This document shows, piece by piece, positions 16,438 through 25,124 of a stretch of 28,177 nucleotides of DNA (position 1 is its first letter; the number at the start of each line of letters is the position of its first letter). The notes below the pieces were generated by a model that was not told where the DNA came from, did no database searches, and saw only the letters and a list, made by a program, of their open reading frames with translations. Origin of the DNA: a virus (Duplodnaviria > Caudoviricetes); the IMG/VR virus record IMGVR_UViG_3300036982_000164, positions 1 through 28,177 of that record. One strand, 5' to 3'. Both the position numbers and the translations under genes were made by a program.

Positions 16438-17714
16438 AGGTATCTTTTTAAAATAGCATTGACAAAGTAACGAAAACAATCTAAAAAGTCAGCACGTTCA
16501 GATAGGTTTTTTCTGTTTGATTTGATGATACCACCATCAGCATTACATTGTACTTGTTTAGCATCATAGACCAACCCTTTGCACTTAACTGAGTTCACCT
16601 TTATCTCAAGACGAGTTAGTGCATTGTTGCAGTCTATTCGACTATTGTAGTGGGTAGGATTGGCTGGTATGATAATCTGTGAATCTGCAAGGTGTAACCT
16701 TCTTTTGATTTGAGTATAGGCTGAACTATTATCACGTTGTTGAATGCTTCTACCACTACCCATTGCATCACCAGTTATTCTTAGTAGACCACGTGGTACA
16801 TTCAACCCTTCAACGTAATCACAGAAAGCATCAATGCTACCCTTATCAATGTTAATCTCACCAATGACTGAACAACCTTTAGTGGTGTGCTGCTGAATGA
16901 TTAATGCAGACAATGGGTTAATATTGAAATCGACTGATACGAATACTGGTAGGTTAGGATTTAATGTTAGTGAATCGTCTATGTGTCTATAATCATCCCA
17001 AGCATATAGGAATGGGTTTGATACATCATCCATCACGTCCCAGTCACCTTCTACGAATCGTGCATATTGAATTGGTGGCAACTCTTTAAGTGAGTCTAAG
17101 TATTCTTGACTAATGTATGGGTTATCTGTTATGCGTGAGTTAATGTATGACCATTTCTCAGGTAGTGTACCACCTCGCCACCTTTCATAGATTACTGACT
17201 TTACCCAGTTGTTAGCTGGGTTGCAAGTGGCAAGGCAAACAATTGGTGGTTGACCTATAGCCTTATTCCAGCTACCTATCCTCTCTTGAACCTTATAGAA
17301 GGTTGCTTCTTGAAGTTCATTGACCTCGTCAAGTCCAGCACCATTCACCTCAAGTCCTCTGAACCTATTCAAGTCCTTGTCATCGTCATAACTCTCAGCC
17401 ATAAATATTAACTCTGAACCATTAACGAACTTAACCACATTAGTTCCTAAGTGCCACTCTTTGACATAAGCATTAAGACCATCGTTAAGTATTGAACTAA
17501 ATGATGGGAATGTTGTGCGTTTAAGGTCGGGTAGCGTCTTACGAATAACTACCCATCTTGAACGTGGGTACTTCAATGCTAATGCTGATAAGGTGATAAG
17601 CAGCCACCACGTCTTACCACCACGAATTGCACCACCAAAGACAATGACTTTCTTTTCACCATTGAGTGCTAACTTGTATGCTTTGCTTTGTCTGCTGGTT
17701 AGCGTTATGTTCAT
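16434..17714 (-). CDS. terL: Terminase large subunit
   Basis: Walker A GGAIRGGKT, Walker B GLDE, CNP motif, nuclease VDFN and D..DCFRY. Confidence 0.95.
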   Translation of the reverse strand: MNITLTSRQSKAYKLALNGEKKVIVFGGAIRGGKTWWLLITLSALALKYPRSRWVVIRKTLPDLKRTTFPSFSSILNDGLNAYVKEWHLGTNVVKFVNGSELIFMAESYDDDKDLNRFRGLEVNGAGLDEVNELQEATFYKVQERIGSWNKAIGQPPIVCLATCNPANNWVKSVIYERWRGGTLPEKWSYINSRITDNPYISQEYLDSLKELPPIQYARFVEGDWDVMDDVSNPFLYAWDDYRHIDDSLTLNPNLPVFVSVDFNINPLSALIIQQHTTKGCSVIGEINIDKGSIDAFCDYVEGLNVPRGLLRITGDAMGSGRSIQQRDNSSAYTQIKRRLHLADSQIIIPANPTHYNSRIDCNNALTRLEIKVNSVKCKGLVYDAKQVQCNADGGIIKSNRKNLSERADFLDCFRYFVNAILKRYL

Positions 17715-18016
17715 TCGTCATCTTTACTTTCCGTTAGCGTTATGACTAATGGTTGAGATACGTTCAAGTTATTATCAATGGTTTGCTTTGCTTTGCCGTA
17801 TGCCCTATCAAGCAAGACCTCTGCCGCTCTTATATCACCTTTGGTAGCCTTTGCCCTCAATGCCTTTAATATCGCTTCTGCTGCGCTTAAACCATCCTTC
17901 TCTTCGCCCATTACATCTGCAAGTAGTTTATCTAACTCAGGTAGCTTACGAGGTCTCCCATTGGGGTTCAATGTCTCACCTTTCTTCATCTTCTTGCCAT
18001 CGTGTGGAAATGCCAT
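17711..18016 (-). CDS. terS: Terminase small subunit (DUF5681-like)
   Basis: KKGETLNPNGRP, GDIRAAEVLLDRAYGK; ATGA-coupled to terL. Confidence 0.85.
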   Translation of the reverse strand: MAFPHDGKKMKKGETLNPNGRPRKLPELDKLLADVMGEEKDGLSAAEAILKALRAKATKGDIRAAEVLLDRAYGKAKQTIDNNLNVSQPLVITLTESKDDE

Positions 18017-18037
18017 AATCGTCTGTAATTTGTCTGT

Positions 18038-18832
18038 TTAATCTAATCCTACGAATGCCTTTAGTGGGTAGAATACAAGTGAGTTTCTATATCCTCCTTC
18101 ATGTGTTGGTGTGATAGGTGTTACCCCATGAACATTTCTCCACGCAGGATAAACAAGTATAGAATTGTCTTGCTGTCCTATGGTTGCTCCATAATCTGGT
18201 ATATGTAGGTCACCGCCTTTAGAATTAAACTTCTTGCAGATGATTACATTAACCGCCCCTACTATGTTACCAGTGTCTCTGTGGAATGGTGCTGATATAT
18301 TATAGTTTGAGATTGAACTGGTGAATAGGTTTCCAAACTTCCATTTGTCGGGTACACCTTTGAATAGTTCTACTTGTTGTTCGTATTGCTTAGGTAGTAT
18401 TTCCTTTATTAGTTGCTCACTTTCTTTAGCAAGTAATAACATTGCCTTGATAAATGTTTGTGCAGTCTTAACTGAGTGAACACTTGATATGGTTGCGTAG
18501 TTTCTTCTCATGTGTGGTTTTGGTGGCACACCACCTAAAATACAACTCCATTGATGTACTTCATTTTTATATTTCCATATTCCTTTTTTTTCATCCCATC
18601 CATCAGCTTGTCTTCTATTTAACATTGATTTAGGCACATTCTTACTTCTTAATTCTTTATCTGCAAGGTCTGCAAGTTTGCACATCTTATCAGGCATCTT
18701 TGTTAGATAGAATCCTATTGGTTCTCCATCTGCATAAAATATACTATCTTCTGTTATATTAGGTTCTTTGTAATCGCAATTTTCACCTATTTTAACATTT
18801 TGCTCTACTTTGATTAAGTCTATACGTTTCAT
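18038..18832 (-). CDS. TET/JBP-family 2OG-Fe(II) dioxygenase
   Basis: N.N..APFHRD (HxD), GGDL..PDY, distal HGVTP, RNSLVFY (RxS). Confidence 0.85.
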   Translation of the reverse strand: MKRIDLIKVEQNVKIGENCDYKEPNITEDSIFYADGEPIGFYLTKMPDKMCKLADLADKELRSKNVPKSMLNRRQADGWDEKKGIWKYKNEVHQWSCILGGVPPKPHMRRNYATISSVHSVKTAQTFIKAMLLLAKESEQLIKEILPKQYEQQVELFKGVPDKWKFGNLFTSSISNYNISAPFHRDTGNIVGAVNVIICKKFNSKGGDLHIPDYGATIGQQDNSILVYPAWRNVHGVTPITPTHEGGYRNSLVFYPLKAFVGLD

Positions 18833-19560
18833 TTGACTATTTTATTATAATGATTAGCCAATGCTTTTATATCTGTTTTCATATCTATTCTTTCACCTTT
18901 TCTTTGAAGTGTTATATAGGGATTCCATTCGTAGCACATTTTTTTTGCAGACTCTTCATCTTTTTTTTGTTTGTACATATCATTAAGTCCTCCAGCGTTA
19001 CTACCAATATCAGGACATGAAAACCAATATTTGTTAAACCTCAATATTCCATTTCCATTTTTAATTGTCTGTAGGGCAAAGTCTCTATCCTCTTTAAGAT
19101 TGAACTCAGACCTATAATTCCAATTAATATTTTTAACATTCATTAAGATACAAACCTCTGCAAATTTTTTATTAATTGAGTAATTTGTTTTTTCGTGCCA
19201 TGCGTGTTGAGTATAGTTAATACCTATAATTTCAAATGGTAATGACATTGCTTTTTTTAATATATCAAACCAAATAGTAGCATCTTTTTTTATTGTCTTT
19301 CCATTATAAATTCCAAATGAAACTACATCATCATCGCAGATTATAACCCATTCATAGTTATTTGTTCTTGCATAATCAAGCATAAAATTACGAACATATC
19401 CAATACCTTTATCGTTTTCTACAATACATACTTTATTTGGAACTTGATATTTATCAATTTCTTGTGGTTCAATAAAGTGCTTTACCTCTATTCCAGCATC
19501 TTGAAATAGTTTGTATGTTTTGGTTTGTGGTCTACCTTTAGTGGGTATAAAGCAAATCAT
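18829..19560 (-). CDS. TET-associated GT-A glycosyltransferase
   Basis: FIPTKGR, GIGYVRN, CDDD, KEDRDF and N.GG motifs; ATGA-coupled to the TET gene. Confidence 0.8.
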   Translation of the reverse strand: MICFIPTKGRPQTKTYKLFQDAGIEVKHFIEPQEIDKYQVPNKVCIVENDKGIGYVRNFMLDYARTNNYEWVIICDDDVVSFGIYNGKTIKKDATIWFDILKKAMSLPFEIIGINYTQHAWHEKTNYSINKKFAEVCILMNVKNINWNYRSEFNLKEDRDFALQTIKNGNGILRFNKYWFSCPDIGSNAGGLNDMYKQKKDEESAKKMCYEWNPYITLQRKGERIDMKTDIKALANHYNKIVK

Positions 19561-20138
19561 AAAGTTTCCTTTTCAGACTTCAAATATTCTATTATCATAC
19601 CACCAACGTAGGCTTCTCGCTCTCTCCAAAATTTAACCAGTTCATAAGCCTCTTCATAGTGTTCTGCTTCAAACTCTATCTGTATTGCCTTCTTAACACC
19701 ATCAGTCATATCTTCAAGTTGTTGAGATACGTCATCATCATCAAGTATTGAGTAATCGATGTCACTTGCAAACTGAGGTACATCTAACCCCCATTCAGCT
19801 AATTCATTCGTGTCCCATTCTGATTGAATCATATTCCAATCCCAATCACCACCGCTTACATTGTCCTTAATCAAGAACTCACGCTGCTGGTCTTCTGTTA
19901 GGTTATCGGCAATGATAATAGGTACTTCTTTTAATCCAGCCTCTTTACAAGCCTTGAGCCTCATATTGCCACCTAATACCACCATATCGGTATTAACAAC
20001 GATAGGACGTATCTCAAGCATCTGAGGTAGGTCTTTTATTGATTGCACCAATTTAGCAAATTTATCATCTCTGATAAGTCGTGGATTGTTTGGATTTACT
20101 TTTACCTCACTAATCTTTACACTCTTTGTTATAATCAT
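19557..20138 (-). CDS. ParB/Srx N-terminal domain protein
   Basis: NPNNPR, RPIVV..VLGGNMRLKA, KDN..GDWD. Confidence 0.85.
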   Translation of the reverse strand: MIITKSVKISEVKVNPNNPRLIRDDKFAKLVQSIKDLPQMLEIRPIVVNTDMVVLGGNMRLKACKEAGLKEVPIIIADNLTEDQQREFLIKDNVSGGDWDWNMIQSEWDTNELAEWGLDVPQFASDIDYSILDDDDVSQQLEDMTDGVKKAIQIEFEAEHYEEAYELVKFWREREAYVGGMIIEYLKSEKETL

Positions 20139-20518
20139 TTTGCAAATGTATTTAATTTATCAAGTGATATGAATTTCTGTAACTCAAAGCCTTGAGCCTT
20201 GAAGTTCATTGTGGTGCAATGTTCTATCAGATAGTCCTTAGTCACTAACCAGCTATTCTGCTCATCAACTATCTGCACCTTGTCAAATGACTTACCATTC
20301 TCAATCAGGTAGTAGTTGATGCCATATGAGTTATTGGCTCTCATCAGATGCTTTGACCTTGACCTAACTAATCTTAATGTTCTTGTGCCTTTATCAATCT
20401 GACCTATAGCTCTCTTCTTACCATCTGCAAGTAATAGTGATAGGTTGATTACTGCATCGTTATGTGTGGCAATTAATCTATTACCACTACCATCTTCTAT
20501 TGTGTGGGTCTTGTTCAT
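20135..20518 (-). CDS. Hypothetical protein
   Basis: 127 aa, tightly packed with neighbours. Confidence 0.7.
   Translation of the reverse strand: MNKTHTIEDGSGNRLIATHNDAVINLSLLLADGKKRAIGQIDKGTRTLRLVRSRSKHLMRANNSYGINYYLIENGKSFDKVQIVDEQNSWLVTKDYLIEHCTTMNFKAQGFELQKFISLDKLNTFAK
20143..20150 (-). promoter_or_regulatory. -7 promoter element heading the ParB-GT-TET-terS-terL operon
   Basis: TACATTTG 4 nt upstream of the ATG at 20138. Confidence 0.5.
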
Positions 20519-20524
20519 AGTGTA

Positions 20525-21187
20525 TTACTTTTGATAGTCACTAAACTTTTTAGTACCCATCTTTTTTATGAAGTGCTTAATATTATTTCGGTATAGACCA
20601 ATTTTATGATTTGGGTTGATGGCTGCTTGTTTATCGTCTTCTGCTATATCAACATAATCAAGTCTAATCATTTCATCATAGTCGGGAAATACATCAGAGT
20701 GCCTATCTACTTCTTTATTGATATACTGGTCTTGCTTACCACCATATGAGTATATGACTATGAAGTTATCAGGCTTTTGTAATTGCTTCATCATTGTCAC
20801 TTCTTTAGTGTAGGTATAGAATATTGACTCATTGCACTCAGTAGCTATATCAATCCAATCTTGTGCATATGTTTCATTGAAGAAGTCTCCAGCATCATGT
20901 ATACGAATGTATTTACTTTTGTACTTAGGCTTCTTAATCTCTTCAATCATCATTCTTTTCCACTCTTCACGATTGTTAAGTACCAATTCTAACTTTTCAA
21001 TGTGTGCCTTTCTAACATTACTGAATAGGTAAGTACCATTCTTGGCGTAACAAAATGCAGCACAAGCACCAGCATTAGGGCAAGTATTAAATTTTGTACC
21101 ATCTGTCAATGTAACCCAATGTGCTGGTAATGTCCAACCAAATATGCCTGACTTTTTTAAATCACTATTCTGAGTTAGTAGATTCAT
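20525..21187 (-). CDS. GP88-family protein (radical-SAM-like Cys motif)
   Basis: TLPA..TCP...ACAAFCYA, RIHDAGDF, YTYTK. Confidence 0.8.
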   Translation of the reverse strand: MNLLTQNSDLKKSGIFGWTLPAHWVTLTDGTKFNTCPNAGACAAFCYAKNGTYLFSNVRKAHIEKLELVLNNREEWKRMMIEEIKKPKYKSKYIRIHDAGDFFNETYAQDWIDIATECNESIFYTYTKEVTMMKQLQKPDNFIVIYSYGGKQDQYINKEVDRHSDVFPDYDEMIRLDYVDIAEDDKQAAINPNHKIGLYRNNIKHFIKKMGTKKFSDYQK

Positions 21188-21582
21188 AACTGGTAGGTGT
21201 CAATTCTTTTCTTAACCATGTCGATAAACTTATCCATCATAGCTGAATAGTAATTATTGAAGTCTTGGTAGCCTTCGGGATTGCGTTCAAATAGAACATA
21301 TAGGCAAGACCTCAACCTTTGACTGGGTGTCTTGCTGCCCATCTCTTCTGCATCTATCTTGATAGCCTTGAGTAACTCTTCATCATTGTAATTGAATGAT
21401 TCACCTTTGAATGCCATCACACCTACACCTGATGTCCACTGGTTAAATAACTCAGCAGCCTTAGATGGAGATAGTTCTTGTGTACCTATCACTACCTTAA
21501 GAGTCTTATCTCTTCTTGTAGCAACTGATTCAATTGCACAAGGTATAAGTAGTAGGTTATTGTCCATAGGTTGAGGTGTCAT
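21184..21582 (-). CDS. Hypothetical phage protein
   Basis: 132 aa; TRRDKTLK...TQEL and KTPSQRLR..LY; ATGA overlaps on both sides. Confidence 0.7.
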   Translation of the reverse strand: MTPQPMDNNLLLIPCAIESVATRRDKTLKVVIGTQELSPSKAAELFNQWTSGVGVMAFKGESFNYNDEELLKAIKIDAEEMGSKTPSQRLRSCLYVLFERNPEGYQDFNNYYSAMMDKFIDMVKKRIDTYQL

Positions 21583-21863
21583 AGATTATCTCCCCTTAAT
21601 ATTTCAAACTCTCTCCACGTTGTAATTCCACTATTACGATTACTTAAAAACATTTCTTTAGTTATTTGAGATGGATAAATATCAATATCGCTATAATAAC
21701 ATTTTAATATGTTTGTAAGTCTAACTGAACAATCAACTTTCCAAATCCAGTCTTTGATTAACAATTCAGTTGATGCTTTTACTTTTTCCTTTTTTAGCAA
21801 ATGTGCTAAATACCTTTTATCGCTATCATTTAAGCAATTGTGGTAAAATGTATACAAGTTCAT
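21579..21863 (-). CDS. RNA polymerase alpha-CTD-like protein
   Basis: CSVRLTNILK...ITKEMFLSNRNSGITTWREF resembles alpha-CTD LSVR..N.LK...T..ELL..RN.G.KS..EI. Confidence 0.55.
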   Translation of the reverse strand: MNLYTFYHNCLNDSDKRYLAHLLKKEKVKASTELLIKDWIWKVDCSVRLTNILKCYYSDIDIYPSQITKEMFLSNRNSGITTWREFEILRGDNL

Positions 21864-21882
21864 AGTTTATTTTTATTAATTC

Positions 21883-22101
21883 TTATGCGTAGAATTGATT
21901 GTAAAAGTCTAATGATGCCTTTGGTGCATACCTTTCTGTTTCTGAGTCTTCCAGTCCACATTCATATGCACCCATCACTTCCATCTTATGCTGAGACTTT
22001 AACTCTTCATAACTTGATGTGAGCCATAGATTAAAATCATCAATGGTAAGTTCGTTTTGTTTTTCAAAGATTATTTCAATGCTTGATTGTTCAGCAGCCA
22101 T
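21883..22101 (-). CDS. Hypothetical protein (EKxQIxxAY...YY-type family)
   Basis: Likely start MAAEQSS at 22101; HKMEVMGAYECG...DFYNQFY. Confidence 0.6.
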   Translation of the reverse strand: MAAEQSSIEIIFEKQNELTIDDFNLWLTSSYEELKSQHKMEVMGAYECGLEDSETERYAPKASLDFYNQFYA

Positions 22102-22300
22102 AATGTTCAGATTTAGTTGGTTTGTTTGATTTGAATTCATTACTCACCTTGTCAAGGTATTCTTTGACCATTGCCTTGATTAATGCCTTATGCGAAGTTG
22201 GTATTCTAAATGTGATATTGATTGTACGTTCACCATATTTGAATGGATGACCAGCACCAAGTCTCTTACCACCTCTGTTATCTTTCTTGATTTGTTCCAT
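22091..22300 (-). CDS. Small DNA-binding regulator (RGGxRxGAG + ribbon-helix-helix)
   Basis: RGGKRLGAG, TINITFRIP; likely ATG at 22300, 6 nt after TATATTTG. Confidence 0.7.
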   Translation of the reverse strand: MEQIKKDNRGGKRLGAGHPFKYGERTINITFRIPTSHKALIKAMVKEYLDKVSNEFKSNKPTKSEHYGC

Positions 22301-22306
22301 AGTCAG

Positions 22307-22317
22307 CAAATATAGTG
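22307..22317 (-). promoter_or_regulatory. -7 promoter element
   Basis: CACTATATTTG, identical to 2114-2104. Confidence 0.55.
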
Positions 22318-22349
22318 ATTATATGATTACGTTGTACTTTTATATAAAA

Positions 22350-23204
22350 TTAGTCAGTGCAATATCCTGCTTGACATCCACTACCTATTCCAAAATTGAA
22401 TGATTGCTGCAAACCAATCTTTTTAATATTATCATAGTTAGTTTTACTTTTATAATTATACTTTGAAATTCGCTCTTGTTCAGAAAACCATTCCATTTTG
22501 TTTGGGTGGTCATCCCAATTTTTTCTTAATTGTTGAGTATCCTTCCAAAAGCACCCAATGCAGTTACTATCTTCTTGAAAGTCTATACTTTTATTTTGCC
22601 AATAGTTTCTCACTTGATGGTGCATAATCTTATCATAGATTAAAGGGTAATTTGCCACACCCCAAAAAACCATATCCCACTTATTTCTTGTGCCTCTTTT
22701 ACCAACAATTATTTTTGACCTTAGTTCTCTATCTTTTTTTGCACGATGTTCCTCATCATATCTAAAACCAACATTTGAAAATACAGGCATCATATCGTAT
22801 TGTGGCATTATGTTGTTATAGACAAAGTTTGCTATTGGATATATTTTCATATCACTTGTACAATATCTTCTTTCCATGTTAGGTACTAACCTACCATGTT
22901 TTTTATTTACAATATCAAAACTATCACCCCTTATCCATATTATTTCTTTGCCAATCATTTGCTCCAAGTCAAACATTACCTTAAGTATTTTGTCATCTTC
23001 AGCAGTTGCTATGAAGTCCCCATATTTTTCAGTATATCCATACTTTGATAATTTGTCATTTACCATCTGAATTATTTTTTTATCATTTGGTCTACACTTG
23101 TCACCATCTATTGTAACAAGTGAAAATATGTTATAGTCAGCAGGATAATGAACTGCTAAGTATGAACTTGTTTTACCTCCACTTAAACTATTTATACTTA
23201 TCAT
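22350..23204 (-). CDS. PAPS-reductase-like PP-loop protein
   Basis: SLSGGKTS (PP-loop), RYCT..MK..PI, GFRYDE..R, YPL, SNCIGCF, terminal Cys pair. Confidence 0.85.
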   Translation of the reverse strand: MISINSLSGGKTSSYLAVHYPADYNIFSLVTIDGDKCRPNDKKIIQMVNDKLSKYGYTEKYGDFIATAEDDKILKVMFDLEQMIGKEIIWIRGDSFDIVNKKHGRLVPNMERRYCTSDMKIYPIANFVYNNIMPQYDMMPVFSNVGFRYDEEHRAKKDRELRSKIIVGKRGTRNKWDMVFWGVANYPLIYDKIMHHQVRNYWQNKSIDFQEDSNCIGCFWKDTQQLRKNWDDHPNKMEWFSEQERISKYNYKSKTNYDNIKKIGLQQSFNFGIGSGCQAGYCTD

Positions 23205-23214
23205 ATTTTATTTT

Positions 23215-23454
23215 TTATTTACAATTTATCAATTTACAAAATATCTTACCATGATACACTTTAGCATATTCGCACTTACCACTTCTTATCTCATAGTAGT
23301 TGAGGTCACATTCAATTGACCACATCTCACGAAATGAATAAGAACTATTGAATAAGTCTTCAAACCGCTCATAGGTTAAGTCAATTTCATCTAACATAAC
23401 AAACGGCTCTGTTTTATACTTTAATAGGTAGTTTGAATACTCAGAATGGAGCAT
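23215..23454 (-). CDS. Hypothetical protein
   Basis: Likely start MLHSEY at 23454, overlapping the dnaB end; Cys-rich C-terminus. Confidence 0.5.
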   Translation of the reverse strand: MLHSEYSNYLLKYKTEPFVMLDEIDLTYERFEDLFNSSYSFREMWSIECDLNYYEIRSGKCEYAKVYHGKIFCKLINCK

Positions 23455-24814
23455 CCCAGTCTTTGTCTGCATAGTGTCTAAGGTCTTTAGGTTGAGGTAA
23501 AAATGTACTACCAATCTCGTGAGTAGTCACATCAGTAAAGTTGGTCATATTGGGTGAATGCCTAAATTCAACTACACCAGTAGCACCTTGACGATGTTTC
23601 TCAAATAGATAGAAGATGTGGTTAGTGTATGGGTTGCCATCATCATCATTCAATCCATAGTATGATGGTCTCCAAACAAATGCAACTGAGTCTGCATCTT
23701 GCTCTAATGAACCTGATTCTCTTAGGTCAGATAAGATTGGTTTCTTGTCGGGTCGTTTTTCTACCTCACGACTCAACTGAGCAAGTGCTATAATTGGTAT
23801 TCCAAGTTCTTTTTGTGCTGCTTTTAATGTTCTACTTATCTCAGCTACCTCCGCCTCTCTATTACCTCCTTTAAAGCCTTCTATGGTCATCAATTGCAAA
23901 TAGTCAATGATTGCCCACTTACATCTGCCTTTACGATGCTCTCTCTTCATTACCCTTATTGCCTCGTGTACACCACATCTTGCCTTATCGTAAATCAAGA
24001 ATGGTGCTTTCTCAATGCTGCCTATAGTCCTCTCAAATGAGTGCAGTTCAGATTGACTTAGGTTACCATCTCTGAGTCGTGAAGAGTGGATACTATCACC
24101 AGCCTCTTGTAGTATTAACCTTTGACATAGTTGAGATTTATTCATCTCAAGATTGAAATAGATACCAGCCTCACCACTTTTCATTCCGTGAAACAATGCC
24201 AATGCAGTCTTACCCATTGATGGTCTACCAGCAATGATTATAAATTCGGGATGGAATCCACCAGTAAACTTGTTGAGTGATTTTAGACCAGTCTCAAGAC
24301 CAGTAGTCTTACCTGATAGTGTCAATGCTGCCCTACGATAGTATGACTCCCTTTCATCATTGGTAAGGTCAGATAGGTTAATGATATTATCTGAGTTAGA
24401 ACCAGTATCAAGTAAATCTGTTAATGATTTGATGATTGATGTGGCAGTTGTGAATCCATCTGTATTACTAAGTCCTAATGACTGCTCAGTTACAATTGAT
24501 GCTATTGACCTCTTGATGTGTTCATCCTTCAGTATAGCAATGTATTCGTTAACTGGTTCATTGTAGGTCAAGTTATTTGACCAAGTAACTATCTCAGATG
24601 TTTCTTTAGGACTGAACTTATCAATGTCTTTAGCAGTCATAAAGAAGTTGACTAAATTAGGTGTAAGACCTTTGTCGATTGCCTTATTGATTACTTGGTA
24701 ACACCTTGAAGTAAGCACCTCATTGAAGAGATGCTCACCTAATTGAGGTATTAGTTCCTGATGTGTCTCACCAGTCATCAGAATACCTATAAGTGCTTGT
24801 TGTGGGTTAGTCAT
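23441..24814 (-). CDS. dnaB: Replicative DnaB-family helicase
   Basis: GRPSMGKT, IDYLQL, LAQLSR, SDLRESGSLEQDAD, KHRQG. Confidence 0.97.
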   Translation of the reverse strand: MTNPQQALIGILMTGETHQELIPQLGEHLFNEVLTSRCYQVINKAIDKGLTPNLVNFFMTAKDIDKFSPKETSEIVTWSNNLTYNEPVNEYIAILKDEHIKRSIASIVTEQSLGLSNTDGFTTATSIIKSLTDLLDTGSNSDNIINLSDLTNDERESYYRRAALTLSGKTTGLETGLKSLNKFTGGFHPEFIIIAGRPSMGKTALALFHGMKSGEAGIYFNLEMNKSQLCQRLILQEAGDSIHSSRLRDGNLSQSELHSFERTIGSIEKAPFLIYDKARCGVHEAIRVMKREHRKGRCKWAIIDYLQLMTIEGFKGGNREAEVAEISRTLKAAQKELGIPIIALAQLSREVEKRPDKKPILSDLRESGSLEQDADSVAFVWRPSYYGLNDDDGNPYTNHIFYLFEKHRQGATGVVEFRHSPNMTNFTDVTTHEIGSTFLPQPKDLRHYADKDWDAPF

Positions 24815-25020
24815 TAGTATTTTGCTAAAATTAAACTTCTTATTTCTAATATTCTGTTTGCCATCTCTTGAGCATTGACATAGTTATTTTCAAATCCTTG
24901 AAATTTACTGGAGCATAGGTATACAAGGGTGTCAGTTAATTCATCGCTTAACAAATCAAGCAAATCATTCTTTCTTTCAATCTCTGACCTTAGAACTTCT
25001 GAGTAGTGTGGACTTTTCAT
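24814..25020 (-). CDS. Hypothetical protein
   Basis: 68 aa, has its own promoter, TAATG-coupled to dnaB. Confidence 0.65.
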   Translation of the reverse strand: MKSPHYSEVLRSEIERKNDLLDLLSDELTDTLVYLCSSKFQGFENNYVNAQEMANRILEIRSLILAKY

Positions 25021-25052
25021 AGTGATTATTTTTTTAGTGATTTATTGATAGG

Positions 25053-25082
25053 CAAATATAGAACTCTTTTTTGAATACGCAA
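25053..25082 (-). promoter_or_regulatory. Bacteroidota sigma-70-type promoter
   Basis: TTG-N19-TATATTTG (-33/-7). Confidence 0.75.
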
Positions 25083-25124
25083 TACATTTATAAAAATATT
25101 TTTAATTATTTTTTGTACGTACAA

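Noticed and set aside
22350-23204. Complete phosphorothioation (Dnd/Ssp) system or sulfate-assimilation cysH
   Set aside because: No partner genes are present, and the protein resembles the phage PP-loop subgroup rather than CysH.
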